Shown: in pieces, positions 1 to 12,960 of the stretch
How positions within the stretch are numbered: position 1 is the stretch's first letter
Layout: every line of letters starts with the position of its first letter
DNA from: Octopus sinensis
Lineage: Eukaryota
Length of the DNA stretch: 64,000 nt
Assembly: GCF_006345805.1 (NCBI RefSeq)
Contig: NC_043000.1
Location: 42,780,001-42,844,000 of the forward strand
Direction of reading: 5' to 3'
Position numbers and translations under genes: made by a program
Notes under the pieces: model-generated
What the model saw: the letters and a program-made list of their open reading frames with translations, nothing else
The model's database searches: none
Told to the model about the DNA's origin: nothing

Positions 1-453
1 ACCTTATATACATATTGTTTTTCAACAAGGAGAATTAATTGAAATCTAATTCTACATATTTTTCATTTTTGCTTCTTTCCTGTTTTTTCTGTGCATTCAC
101 TTTATTCAATTTTGTATCCTACAATGATGCTACCTTTCATGTAATGCAATGAATATTTAAATTCCTTTTCGCAGTTTTTGAAAATTAAAAGAATCCATGT
201 TTAACAGTGCAAAATATAATTCGTTTTATTATCACAGTTTAATGTATTTTGATGCCGAACCCCCTGCACGCCATCACATAAATGTTTTCTGTTTACTTAA
301 ATATACGTTGTTCTATATAGGTTAACATTTTTGAATATAATTTCTTTTGTTAAACTGAGCTATTTTGTAGCTTTGTATGTATATGTATACATGTGAAAAT
401 ACATACATGCATATATACATACACGCACACACACCCACGCGCGCACAAACATA

Positions 454-500
<47 letters not shown>

Positions 501-725
501 ACACACATATATATATATATATAATATGAATATATGTGTTTTTTTTCAATGTGTAGAAATAACACGGAAAGAAATAGTTACCAAGGTAGAAAAAATTCAC
601 ATACTACCAATAATGAAACAGCCTACTTATAAAGGTAGAAATTCGAGGGTTTAGTGAAATCTTTTTAGATAACATATATAAATCAATAAATGGAGTTAAG
701 CAGTTGCCATTCAAATCTTTACACT

Positions 726-809
726 TCCGACACATGTTTCGAAGAAAACATTGGTATTATTTCAGAAAAAATAAAATGATGTAAAACAGTGCAATCTTCT
801 CATCAGGGA
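726..809 (-). ncRNA. Type I hammerhead ribozyme motif with canonical core
   Basis: Minus strand: TCC-CTGATGA-GAAGA-[49-nt loop]-TCTTC-GAAA-C-ATGT-GTC-GGA; stem I TCC/GGA, stem II GAAGA/TCTTC, GUC cleavage triplet. Confidence 0.7.
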
Positions 810-845
810 TCACATTCGGTTAAAATGTCTTATTGCTTTTCTCTT

Positions 846-933
846 TTTCCCCTATGAGAAGATTGCGTTGTTTTACATCGTTTTATTCCTTCTGGAATAA
901 TACCAATGTTTTCTTCGAAATATATGTCGGAAA
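846..933 (+). ncRNA. Degenerate hammerhead motif (inverted partner of 726-809)
   Basis: TTTCC-CCTATGA-GAAGA...TCTTC-GAAA-T-ATAT-GTC-GGAAA; 5-bp stem I, palindromic ATAT stem III loop, two core substitutions. Confidence 0.55.
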
Positions 934-1029
934 TATGAAGATCTGAGTAACACCTCCGTATATATATATATATATATATTATGTACGTATGTATGCATAT
1001 ATGTATGTATAGTTGTGTATGAACATATA

Positions 1030-2380
1030 TTGATTCCTTCCAGCGATATCTAATAGACCTACCAAAGACCCACGAGGTTTCCTTGGAAACAATCGATAAT
1101 ATAGAGGAGACAACCCCTTTTTCGATATGCCTGGAACTCGGACAGCCAACGTTAAAGGGAAAAACAGAATTTCAGTACAAACTTCGGTGAGCGACAAACC
1201 CAACTTCACCGCAATTTTGGCTTGTATGACTGACGATACGAAACGTACCCCGGCTGTTTTTTTTCAAAAGAAAGACTTTCTCGAATGAGAAGTTTCCGAA
1301 GCATAGTAGTGTATTTCAGGCGAAAGGTCGGGTTAATGAAACCGTATTGACGAACTGGTTAAATGAAGTGTGGGTCAAGAGCTCAGGGATTATGCTTATT
1401 CAAAGTCGCTTCTTCTAGGGGATATGTTTAAGGTTCATCTGATCGACAGCATAAAAAAATAGATTAAAGGAGCGTCGTACCTACTAAGCTGTGGTTCCCG
1501 GTGGATGTACATCTGTGTCGGTGAACAAGCCTTTTAAGGTGAAAATGCGTGCCAAATGGAATGAATGAATGATTAATGGTGTCAAGGAAATGGCAAAGGC
1601 TAGACACTTTAAAAGCCCTGGCCTTAAGACTGCAGGTGTGTGATAGATTCATGGGCTGAAATACCGAGTAAAATTGTGATGAAATTATTTTTGAAATGCG
1701 GAATCTCAAATTTCATGTATGGTATGGAAGTTGACGAACTATATAATAACTTCGTTTGTTCAAGAAATGACAGCCCCAGTGCTTCATCAGTGAATGAATA
1801 TCAGACAAGTGAAGACGAGGATCATGGTGTATACGACGAGACCATCACAACGGATGAGTTTTACCAGTTATTTGGTAAAATCGATTCTTCTTTTATTTAT
1901 TCTTCCAATTTTTGCCACAATGTTTCATACACTTCTTTACAATTTAAAACAGAATATTGTACTTTTTTCCAGTCATAACACGTTCGATTGCATGGTTTTC
2001 TGTGTAAGTTGCTGCAGAAGTGTCCGAAAAACGAAATGCATAAATCAAAACGTAAAGGGAAAGTATCGAGGCAATTAAGTCTCAATACAATAAACAAATT
2101 AACTAGCGTTATCAAGGATAAATTTTTACATTATAAACAACGGTTTCTAAAATGCATGGACTTAATGGGATATCAGTTGTTGTAAGTCATCTTCAGCTTT
2201 AATGAAAGCTCGATTACCGATTTAATAACTATGTCGGCGCAATTCCTAATCGAACTTTGCTCTCACACAAAGAAGTCGCTGCGATTTATAGTCGGGTCAA
2301 TGATAAAATTCTCGATTTGAACCTTGTAAGTCGAGGGTACGTCTTATAGGCGACGTTGTTTTATAGTCTAGTATATACGG
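1030..2380 (+). mobile_element. 5'-truncated pogo-like (POGK-type DDE_1) DNA transposon, transposase pseudogene
   Basis: Translation IDNIEETTPFFDMPGTRTANVKGKNRISVQTS...NFTAILACMTDDTKRTP matches the pogo DETP-x-FDMP motif; ORF 1640-1978 has SWAEIPSKIVMKLFLKCGISN; right end TTATAGTCTAGTATATACGG followed by TA at 2381-2382. Confidence 0.85.
2129..2204 (-). ncRNA. Possible decayed hammerhead motif in a PLE-like insert within the pogo element
   Basis: Minus strand: CATTAAAG-CTGAAGA-T-GACTTA...TAAGTC-CATGCATTTTA-GAAAC-CGTT-GTT-TATAATG; core words intact, but stem II does not abut GAAA. Confidence 0.3.
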
Positions 2381-2422
2381 TATAACGCCTGTGTTTATGT
2401 GTGTGAGCCTGTATGTGTGAGC

Positions 2423-2459
<37 letters not shown>

Positions 2460-3544
2460 CATATATATGTTATTTTATGCATATATAAAAGAACATTATA
2501 ACTCATAAAAATAAACGTCAGTGTTCGCGAGCGCAAAAGCCGTATATGCAAATTTAAATATTATATATAAAATGTATAGATATATTTATATATAGTAGGG
2601 TACTAAATAAGCCCTTGCTCCGTTAAAAATAGGAGTCGATCTGTGGTGAATGTTGATAATTATTTTTTTTAAATTCCAGGTGTTCTATCATAACCATCAG
2701 ATACTACCTAGATCACATTTTTAGTTTGTTGTACCAAGTGACCAGTGTCTGATGATTATGCTAGGACACTAGACGTGGTAAAATAACACTGTTTGGCATG
2801 CTATCAGCACATAAAACTAACAGTAGTACTGTGTTTATTATTATATATATATATATGGGGGGTTGTATGTGTATGCATATAATGATGGTACTGAGTACAA
2901 TAAAACATGCCTTTTTCAAGAAAAGAAAGCAATTACAAAGGAACAAGTAGTGAAAGAATGCAATGAAAAGTATACCTTATTTCCAGAAACCAAGAACTAA
3001 TTTCAGAGAAAATTATCACTTTTCATATTTGAGTCAAACAAGATCATTGTTATTCGCCATGGTGAGAGCTACGTATATATTTCGGTCTTATTAGATCACG
3101 CCAGCAGAATATTGACATATCGAATATGAAAACTGATGTCTTATAAGAAAGTTATGAATAACTCTGCTTCATCGTAATTTGCTTAAACACAAAAGGCGAT
3201 TAAGAGAAATAACTTATGTGGGTCATTGGCACGAATATAGATATTATTAATAAATATATGAATATATTCACACTTAAAATTTTGCTATTATCATGGAGAC
3301 AAATACATCTTCAAAATATATGATGATAACAAACTGCTTGTTATAAATGCATTAAATTATTTGCAGCAAGATTGGTTGAAAACGGAATTTCCCGATTATA
3401 TTTGGAAAATAGGAACGAAGTCAAAATAAAACAAATTATATTCGCATAGGAATATGGAAACACACGAACCTAGCAATTTACAATGCTTCTAAAAACATAT
3501 ACATGCACCTAACAACTCACACACAATATTTGTATGTACGTATA

Positions 3545-3624
3545 AGTATATATATATATATATATATATAGATAAGTATACATAATTACTGTGTTTAAAT
3601 GTACACTGTATTATATATAGCTAA

Positions 3625-3667
<43 letters not shown>

Positions 3668-3772
3668 CTTATATGCACACATATAAGCGTATAGGTACAT
3701 ACACACACACATATATATTGAAATATGTGTGTATATATAAATAGATATAGATATATGCGTACATGCATATAT

Positions 3773-3816
<44 letters not shown>

Positions 3817-3838
3817 AAATATAAGTGCATACATATAT

Positions 3839-3894
<56 letters not shown>

Positions 3895-3930
3895 TACATG
3901 TATACACACACACACACATATGTATGTATA
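3545..3930. repeat. Compound (TA)n/(CA)n microsatellite field (one of many; others near 5570-5935, 6688-7190, 8530-8820, 35340-36330, 41838-42035, 54560-54780, 62700-62945)
   Basis: Direct inspection; these explain the [12 protein letters not shown] ORFs. Confidence 0.98.
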
Positions 3931-4854
3931 TGTGTAATATTGCCCGCCAAAGCAGATATAATTATATGTATACGACATAAAAGGTCAACGACACACATTA
4001 AGTCAATTTAGTTCATCACTCATACATAAAGAATTTTAGAAAACGGAAAGAATGAATCATTTTTTTCTTATCACCTGCTAACATATTTGACTGGAAGACA
4101 ATGAGATATAATATAATTGACGCAGTATATTCTAATAAAACTTCCCCTTACTCATGACTGAATATTCAATGAAATATAATACGTGGTTTTATTAATGTCC
4201 ACCTAAGTGTTTCTGCTTTTCTATCAACGAGGTAAAACACTGTACTTTCAAATACGTGCCAGAAACACTAGCCAAAAGTTACAATAATAAATTGCTGTGT
4301 TTGTTGGTTGTTGTTATTTAACGCCTATTTGGTCCGATAGCACATACTTATGGAGAAAGTTACCGCAACGCAACCACTATGTTTTTCTTCTCGGAATAGT
4401 GTAGCATAGACCACATCATCTAATGTACCATTCGCTCTGAAGACCTATGGTGTGATTTATTTCTAGCAAGTTGACGAACAACGTACAAGCTGTAACTGTT
4501 TGTACTCAAATTTTTGTTATTGAATAATTATAATATTAATTCAGTTTTCATTTATCACTCAAAAATCATAACTACCAAACAAGAGATGTGACCCAGATTC
4601 AATACATCACCATGTGTTTCGATGAGCACATAACCGTTGAAACCTATCTCCTTCTCAGATACTGTTGACGGGTCTGTGAGAAATTATCTTCAATTTTCTC
4701 ATCCATTAATCCTTTGGCATTCAATTTACGCAGACAAATATAATGCATATTTTTTCACATCATTTTGATTTAATCATACATTATTTCATGACTTCGAAAT
4801 TTTAACGATGTGGGGATTTACTTTTAGAAAGATATTGTAGAGACGTGTGAGAGA

Positions 4855-5010
4855 CCATTTTGTATATAACATAAAACTTGGGCTTGATATGGTTAGTTTA
4901 AATGCTAAAGAGTTAAAGTTAAGATTAGGCCATTTTTTATATAACATAAAACTTGGGCTTGATATGGTTAGTTTAAATGCTAAAGAGTTAAAGTTAAGAT
5001 TAGTCCATTT
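4855..5010. repeat. 75-bp tandem duplication (4855-4929, 4930-5004) bounded by CCATTT
   Basis: Two nearly identical units; CCATTT at 4855, 4930 and 5005. Confidence 0.95.
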
Positions 5011-5632
5011 ACATACAGACCGGCCAATCATGAGGCACGTTGAACTGAGTGACATTGTAATAGTAGTATGTGGGATCTTACAAGACCCTTGTGTTATATA
5101 TCACTGTCAAAAACAATCACAGAAGTATTTCCTTATATTCACTCTAATTATTTTATTCTTTTACTGGCTTCAGTTACAACAAACTTGACGATGACAACAC
5201 CACTCCATCTGCAGTAAGAGGTCTTTGGTTGATTGTATCGACCTCAGCAGTCATTAGTTGGATCTCTATCAGATAAATTCTCATAACAATTTTTGCACCA
5301 TTATATGTAAATCTAGACGTGTGTGTGTGTATGTATGTGTGTAAGTTCTATATCAGATATATAACGGCTTAGCGACTTCGACAATCTAAAATTATGTAAA
5401 GCAAGTATATTCCTGTAAGAAAAATTAAATGTGACCCATTAACAGAACCCGGTAACCTTAGAACGTGTAGTATATTAGGTTAGTGAAAGAAATTTTGGAG
5501 AAGAATGGCAGCAGGTAACGGAAGTATTATGAAAATCATTTGATATAACTATGAAAAATTCTCTAGCTAGCTCCATCCATCTATCTATCCATCCATCCAT
5601 CCATCCATCCAACCATCAATCCATCCTTCCAT

Positions 5633-5668
<36 letters not shown>

Positions 5669-5743
5669 CCATCCATACATACATACATACAAACAAACAT
5701 AAAATATATATTTCTCTTTTTCTCTTTCTATATATATATATAC

Positions 5744-5788
<45 letters not shown>

Positions 5789-5881
5789 TATAAATGTATA
5801 TATATACATATATATATAACATATGTGGGTGTATGTGTGTATACATATATATATAGATAGATAAGGCATATATATAAAATG

Positions 5882-5928
<47 letters not shown>

Positions 5929-6685
5929 TATATATAGGCGTGCGTGTGTAAGTATTCACATTGTGTATGTGAATATGTATTATGTTTCATTTCTGATCCC
6001 GCACGAAAAAAAAAACGTTACAAAGTACCATACAATCAGACTACTTTCCTGAATTTATAAAATTTCCATAACAGAGAAATAGATATAATTTTAGATTAGT
6101 TTTCTGTTTTCGAATAATTCTTCAGTCTTCTGGTAGTTTCAATTTCATTTTATCTTTCTTTTTTTCTCAATGCTAATTTCCGTTGCTTCTTGTAATAATA
6201 GTTTCTTGTTTGTAGTTCCAATAGAAATCGATGCAAAAATCAGAAACTGTAAATAAATTCTCTAATTTGTGGTTCTTTCAATTTTGGTTTTGTGATTTTT
6301 ATAATATTGTTGACGTTGTTGTTATTGCGATCGTTTTCGTTATACTTTTTCTTTTATATTATGTTATTTTTTCATATCCTTTAACTTGTTATTGTTATTT
6401 ATATTTTTTTATATTTTGTTAGCTACCATCACCGTCACCATAGCATTCGGCACCAGCACCATCATGACGACCATCAATACCATGTTCATCACCATCAGCA
6501 GCAGCATCAACGCTCCCACTCGCTGTACCACACCGTCCTCATTATTAACATCTTCATCCTCATTATCATTGTCAACGCTCTAAATTTTTAATACTAAATG
6601 GATACCGTCTAGATAATTAGTAATAAGTTTCCATCAACTTTCAGCAACATTCAGAATGGTATTTTTGTGCATCTACAAGATATCT

Positions 6686-6778
<93 letters not shown>

Positions 6779-6800
6779 TATATATATACATATATACATA

Positions 6801-7031
6801 TTTCTTTACTACCCACAAGGGGCTAAACACAGACGGGACAAACAAGGACAGACAAACGGATTAAGTCGATTATATCGACCCCAGTGTGTAACTGGTACTT
6901 AATTTATCGACCCCGAAAGGATGAAAGGCAAAGTCGACCTCGGCGGAATTTGAACTCCGAACGTGACGACAGACGAAATACAGCTACGCATTTCGCCCAG
7001 CGTGCTAACGTTTCTGCCAGCTCGCCGCCTT
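6801..7031 (-). mobile_element. Full-length tRNA-derived SINE with Meta-domain-like core (family A)
   Basis: Minus strand: GGCGGCGAGCTGGCAGAAACGTTAGC (A box) ... GAGTTCAAATTCC (B box) ... GACTTTGCCTTTCATCCTTTCGGGGTCGATAAATTAAGTACCAG; embedded in (TA)n. Confidence 0.9.
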
Positions 7032-7076
7032 TATATATATATACATATATATATATATACATATATATATACATAC

Positions 7077-7173
<97 letters not shown>

Positions 7174-8532
7174 CGTATGTATGTATATATAAAGCATGAT
7201 GAACCTCTTCATAATGTACTGTATCTCTGTTTAGGCCCCTGGTCATACTTTTGATTGAAAGTATTGCATCCATAATCGTCATAATATTTATGTATATCTA
7301 AGATATTTTCAAATGTAGCATCCTATTTTCAAGAGGATAGAAATGTAACAGTTATTTCTTACAAGCACGCTACCAGCTGCGTAGAATCCTTCAAAGTTTA
7401 GAACAGCTGACCTGTTGTTGATGTTCCCAGTGTTTCTATCGCAGGGTGGTGAATTTAATAATGCAAAAAGTTTTATTTATATTTCTAAATTTTACTGTGT
7501 TATTATCTGTTAAGGACAATCAATCTTTATCCGTCCATGTAGTCATTTATAGTTGTGTGACGAGTATTCTACAATCTACTCCTGCCAGGATTCATAATTA
7601 TTCAAGGGTTTTCTATCTCCATTACGATCATATCTCATCTGTGTGTCTCTGTTACCGTTCAGTTTAGTGAAATTACCAGCTATGGCAACAGTCATAATTT
7701 AATAAGAGCACATAGTAAAAGATTAATTCATTTATATTAATTCCACAATTCTCAAGTATTCCAATGTCTATCGGGAACGGTAGCGCTCGTAGTCTCCACA
7801 CCTGACACAAAGAGTATCTTATTTATGTGAATTTTTAACGCTTATTTTCCCCTGGTACTGAACATCAACAGTTTTCTATGACTGCTTTCTTTCTTATTCT
7901 TTACCTAAATTCTCATATCTTTTCTTCTATACTTCTATATCGGTGGATTGTGTGTGTATGTGGATGTGTACGTGTGTAACTTAAGAAAAATATATTTCGT
8001 ATATTAGAACTGTATATATCGCCACATTCACAGAGGACCCGACACGGCCATATGCGTTGCCATATCTTCCTATAATAAATAACTTAAAGAAAAGACTAAG
8101 CCTTTCTCAGGAAATGCTTCAGCAGTTGTGTAATACATTTTAAGAATACTTGTAAAATATATTTGTATTATAAGTATTGAAGAAGTTTTGATAAATAATG
8201 TTTAGCTTATAGAACGGGCAAAAATATTTCCAGTATACGCCATCTATTTTGATTTTTCATCCAGAGAAAATTATCAACATAGAAAAATAGTTTTCAAATT
8301 AATAAAAGAAAAGGGCATAAAGAAATAAAATATTTAGTAAACTTGTGACTACACATTCGGTTACTTAATTTTTCAAATAGGTTCCCTTTTTTTATGAAAC
8401 GAATGTACATTGGTGTTAACTCATTTATAAAAGTCTACAGGTATGAACCTATCAACGTATACACAGACAGACATAGACGCACAGTTACACATGCATTCAT
8501 ATACATGTGTGTATGCTGTGTCAAACGCTATC

Positions 8533-8586
<54 letters not shown>

Positions 8587-8614
8587 CATAAATAATATAT
8601 ATATATATACATAT

Positions 8615-8703
<89 letters not shown>

Positions 8704-8727
8704 AATATAATATATATATATACATAT

Positions 8728-8773
<46 letters not shown>

Positions 8774-9326
8774 TATATACATATATAATTACATACTTAC
8801 ATATACATATGTATTTGTATATATCTGTGTTTTTCAATATATATAGACTTTATTACGCTGTATTTCATATACATCTTATGCTTAAACTTAAATATACTGA
8901 TATGTATAATTATGTTAATTTTTTTTATTTCACATTAAGATTTGAATTGATACCTGAAACTTCACGATCTTTTATATAAGCTAAATTTGGTTGCAGGAAA
9001 TAAATTGAAAGGGAGTTAACAAATTAGACCAATTAAAATATTTTGAAAGGAAAATGTGTTGTAACTTCTAGATTTGCGTGAACATGTTATACGGTATTTG
9101 GTTAGATCTACAAATTATTGTTTTCTCAATTTAGATTTACAATATTTTTTTCTTTTGGAGCATATTTAGATCAATCTATCTATCTGTCTGTCTGTCTATT
9201 TATCTATCTATATATCTATTTATCAATCTATCGATCGATCGATCTGTCTGTCTGTCTATTTACACGTATGTATGTATAAATATATATATATGTATATGTG
9301 TGTATATTTATATGTATCTATCAATA

Positions 9327-9391
<65 letters not shown>

Positions 9392-9511
9392 CTGTGTGTG
9401 TGTATGTGTGTGTGAGTGAAAGTTTGTTATTTTCTTTTGACAGTCAATAACTCCCTTGCGTATAATGATAACTTATTACAGCTATGCTTTCAAAAATTTC
9501 CGCAACAATAA

Positions 9512-11370
9512 TACTGCTCAAGAAAATGAAACATTTTTTAATTATGAGAGTTGATAACTGATTTTTCAGGGTTAATTTTTTATGCTGATTACGAATCTGA
9601 AGTCCGGTTTCCTATATCAGGTCACATTTTCATGTTAATGATACCTGCTGTTTTAATTTATAGGATACATAACGCATGTCTATATAAAGTATATTGAATT
9701 TTAAAAATACGATAATTTCATGGTTTTCATTTGTACAAAATTAAAATTATTTTGTACAAATAAGTTAGTATACACTCAAATTCATAACAACTTAAAATCT
9801 TTAGGATTTGAACTTTCTATTGTGTTTTGTCTCAGGTTCATCCCTGTATAACATCCAACAATAGTCAGCTGACATTCCTGCATTCCAAAACCCTTGATAT
9901 CATTGTTCCATCGATGCAATATCTTGATAAAAGCGTTCCCTTTGCTCATCAGACACTGTTCCGAGGTTCTCTGCAAAAAAGTTCAGATGTGAATCTAGGA
10001 AATGGACTTTTAGTGACATCTGATAGCCCATTGCAGCATAAGAGCCTTTCTAAACTCTAGAGATCTCTTGTTGCTTAGGAAATTTTCACAGAGCCAATTG
10101 AATGATTCTCAGGCTTTAAGCTCAATCTCATCCAGTGTTGTGAGGAAGTGCCCGTCAAGAGTTCTTTTATATGCTGACCTATGAATATGCCCTCTTTCAG
10201 TTTTGCCTCGGTTATTTTTGGATATTTGGCCTTCACATATTCAAAACATTTTGAGCTTTTCCTGGCAAGTGTCACACGAATTGTTTCATGAGGCCAAGCT
10301 TTAGGTGAAGAGGGGGAAGAACATTTTCTGGGTTTAAAAGTGGCTTACTCTGGAAGCTAGAAACTCCCAGCTCATATGATTTTCGCAACTGTCTCTCTGA
10401 TTGGACATAGTGCTTGTTAGTTGTACGACTGTCCTATAGGCATAAAAAGCAACAATATTTCGTGAACCCAGATTGCATTCCCATCAACATTCCAATCACC
10501 TTCAAGTCTCCACATATTTTCCAGCTGTAGTTTGTATACTTTATGGCATTGAGGAGTACTTGCATGTTTTCATAACGCTCCTTCATGTGCACTGAATGTC
10601 CTATGAGAATGGATGGTTTTTTATTGTCATTGTGTAGTAGTACTGCCTTGAGGCTTCACTTAGATGAATCAATGAATATATTTCTTTATTGCCCACAAGG
10701 GGCTAAACATAGAGGGGACAAACAAGGACAGACAAAGGAATTAAGTCGATTACATCGACCCCAGTGCGAAACTGGTACTTTATTTATCGATGAATCAATG
10801 AATAAGCGCCATTCAGCTGGAACATGCTCTTGGGACAAACAGCGAAATAACTCATCTGTGTTATTACTGAAACAAAGTGGTCCTTCAACAGAAAAGCATG
10901 AAGGCAGATCCCTACTTCTCTTCCAGAAATGTGTAATACAAACATCTTTCCTAAGCATATACTTTTCTTGTAGGCGAGATGCTAATAGTTCATCTTTATC
11001 TTTCGACAATGACAAGTCTCTAACTAAATCATTCAACTCTCCTTGAGAAAATTTCTGTGGTACGTCTTCATTTTCAATCGTGAAATCTGCATCCACTTCT
11101 ATGAGAATAAAATCGGCTCTTGAAAGAATTTTCAAAAGCCCCTGTGTCAGTTCTATATTCTGTATACGTTCGTAAATATCGACATCTTTTCGGCAATCTT
11201 GGAAATATCTGAAACACTCCTACACTTGTGTGCAATTCATACACGCCTCTCCATGCACCTTCTGCAACTTTGTGTAGGCCTCTGAGCAGGTATCACCATC
11301 ACAACTTTTACTGTTATAATCAATCCGACGATCACACGCTACCCACGTTACTTCCAAACACTGCTGTAAA
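9512..11370 (-). mobile_element. Chapaev3-like (CMC superfamily) DNA transposon, fragmented transposase
   Basis: Motifs QGELNDLVRDLSLSK...ELLASRL, EWRLFIDSS, LKAVLLHN, WKICGDLKVIGMLMGMQSGFTKYCCFLCL, LHLKLGLMKQF, KITEAKLKEGIFIG; frameshifts and stops; putative terminus near 9512. Confidence 0.75.
10679..10788 (-). mobile_element. 5'-truncated family A SINE inserted in the Chapaev ORF with a 16-bp TSD
   Basis: GATGAATCAATGAATA at 10663-10678 and 10789-10804; insert matches the first ~110 bp of the 6801-7031 copy. Confidence 0.92.
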
Positions 11371-11394
11371 CAGGGGAAGTGAGCTCGAACGTTA

Positions 11395-11780
11395 AAATCC
11401 CCCTCTCTGGAATTTTGAAGATTTCTACCTCCAACTCCATCCCTTCCTTTCCTTCACCCTCTCAAATCCCCGTCTCTAGAATTTTGAAGATTTTTACCAC
11501 CCCTCTCTCCCCTTCCTCCGCTTCGCCCCCTAAAATCCCCTTCCTTGGAATTTTGAAGATTTCTACCTCCCATTCCCCTTATCAAATCCCCCTCTTTGGA
11601 ATTTTGAAGATTTCTACCTCTCCTTCCTCCCTTCCCCCTGTCTGGAAGTTTAAAGATTTCTATATCCCTTCCGCCCTTTCCTCCTCTTCCCCCTCTCAAA
11701 TACCCCTTTCTGGAATTTGGGAGATTTCTACCTCCCCCACCTCCTCCTCCTTCCCTTCAACCCCCTCTAAAATCACCCTT
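11395..11780. repeat. Minisatellite: about six ~38-bp conserved units separated by variable C/T-rich spacers
   Basis: Consensus-like AAATCCCCCTCTCTGGAATTTTGAAGATTTCTACCTCC near 11395, 11464, 11532, 11584, 11633, 11698, partial at 11769. Confidence 0.9.
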
Positions 11781-12024
11781 TATGCGCCAGAGGTCAAGTT
11801 AAATCTGTGCAGAGTGACTTCACTCTGTGTACTTAAGCTTCGTTACTATGGCCACAGTTCGGATGCATATTGATTGAACCTCGTATAGCCACCTACACAC
11901 ACACATAGTGGACACTCTCTTATATTTGTGTATAAATTTTTATTGTATCCCTGGTTTTTATGCGCTAAACCACTTGGTGTTAAATTGATGGTATTATTAA
12001 ATTAATATCCAATTTTTTCACCCT

Positions 12025-12066
<42 letters not shown>

Positions 12067-12649
12067 CAATTAAATTTTTCAACTGCTCAGGATTATTAGT
12101 AACAATCTTAACAACATTTGTATAAGCACTTTTAAACCAGCCTTTACTACTGAGGAGATAATTAAATATTAGCCACAGGATCACAAATTTCATATTTTAA
12201 AATCCTGATAGCTCTGGGAATTTATTGATATATGAATTCGTTAGTGTGTGCATATATATAGATGAGTGTATGGATAAATTTACATTAACCTAATTAGGTA
12301 GTCATATATGTACGTTTTTATGTATATTTTTTCATTAATTGCCCAGACTTAGATATTGGCGACAAACCCTGTAGAATGCTTCCAAACGAGGTCTTTTGAA
12401 ACATTTGTTTTTCCAGTTATATAGACTTCATTTAAGACCACTGTCATTATAAAACCTGTGGTTATCTTTCGGCATTCTGTAGAAGCTGATGCTACTTTTT
12501 TTTACAAACTCTGTTAAAAAATACAATTTTCCAACACCGTTTTGAAACTTACCATCAATATATCCACTTGTACACGGATTAATATTCTATAGATGCTCTT
12601 CGTTAGAGTAAAATATTGATTTGAATTTGACTCATTATTTGACCTCCAT

Positions 12650-12960
12650 TTTCCCTACAATAACAGTTGATGGATGCGAATTGTCAAAATCTCCAACAGA
12701 TTTTTAAGTACTATTTTAAGTACCATTACTATGACGTAACTTAGCAAACTTAAGATACACTTATTCTAATTTAGAGACGATGTTATCAATTCACTGTTGT
12801 AAAATGTTTCTCAAATTAAGTTTGACGAGCTAATTTCAGATAATGAAATCCAATTTGCATCACAACATTATCAGTTTACTGAAACAATCATTTTGATTTA
12901 TTTCTTCCAGAATTAATTACAACATGACGCCCACAAGTATAATATTTCAAACGAGTCCGA
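12650..12960 (+). pseudogene. Possible highly decayed Gypsy-type integrase remnant
   Basis: ELISDNEIQFAS resembles the integrase I(V)SDNGPQF(T)S motif; ITVDGCELSKSP weakly resembles VVDAYSKWP. Confidence 0.3.

Larger units (their letters stand above)
709..948. repeat. 95-bp imperfect inverted repeat (709-803 / 854-948), each arm carrying a hammerhead-like motif; PLE pseudo-LTR-like
   Basis: Reverse complement of 854-948 aligns without gaps to 709-803 (e.g. TTTCGAAGAAAACATTGGTATTATT); mismatches are transitions. Confidence 0.9.

Noticed and set aside
2745-2771. CTGATGA inside an AGTGTC/GACACT hairpin
   Set aside because: No GAAA, stem II or stem III; not a hammerhead
3068-3108. Minus-strand CTGGCGT-GATCT-AATA-AGACC-GAAA...GTA
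   Set aside because: Two core mismatches and no stem I; cannot be told from chance
6100-6130. Minus-strand CTGAAGA...GAAA
   Set aside because: No independent stem II and no stem I partner or cleavage triplet
11395-11780. CRISPR array
   Set aside because: Eukaryotic context, degenerate repeats, low-complexity pyrimidine spacers of irregular length, no cas genes
12365-12385. miR-10-like ACCCTGTAGAA
   Set aside because: The match stops after ~11 nt and no precursor hairpin is visible
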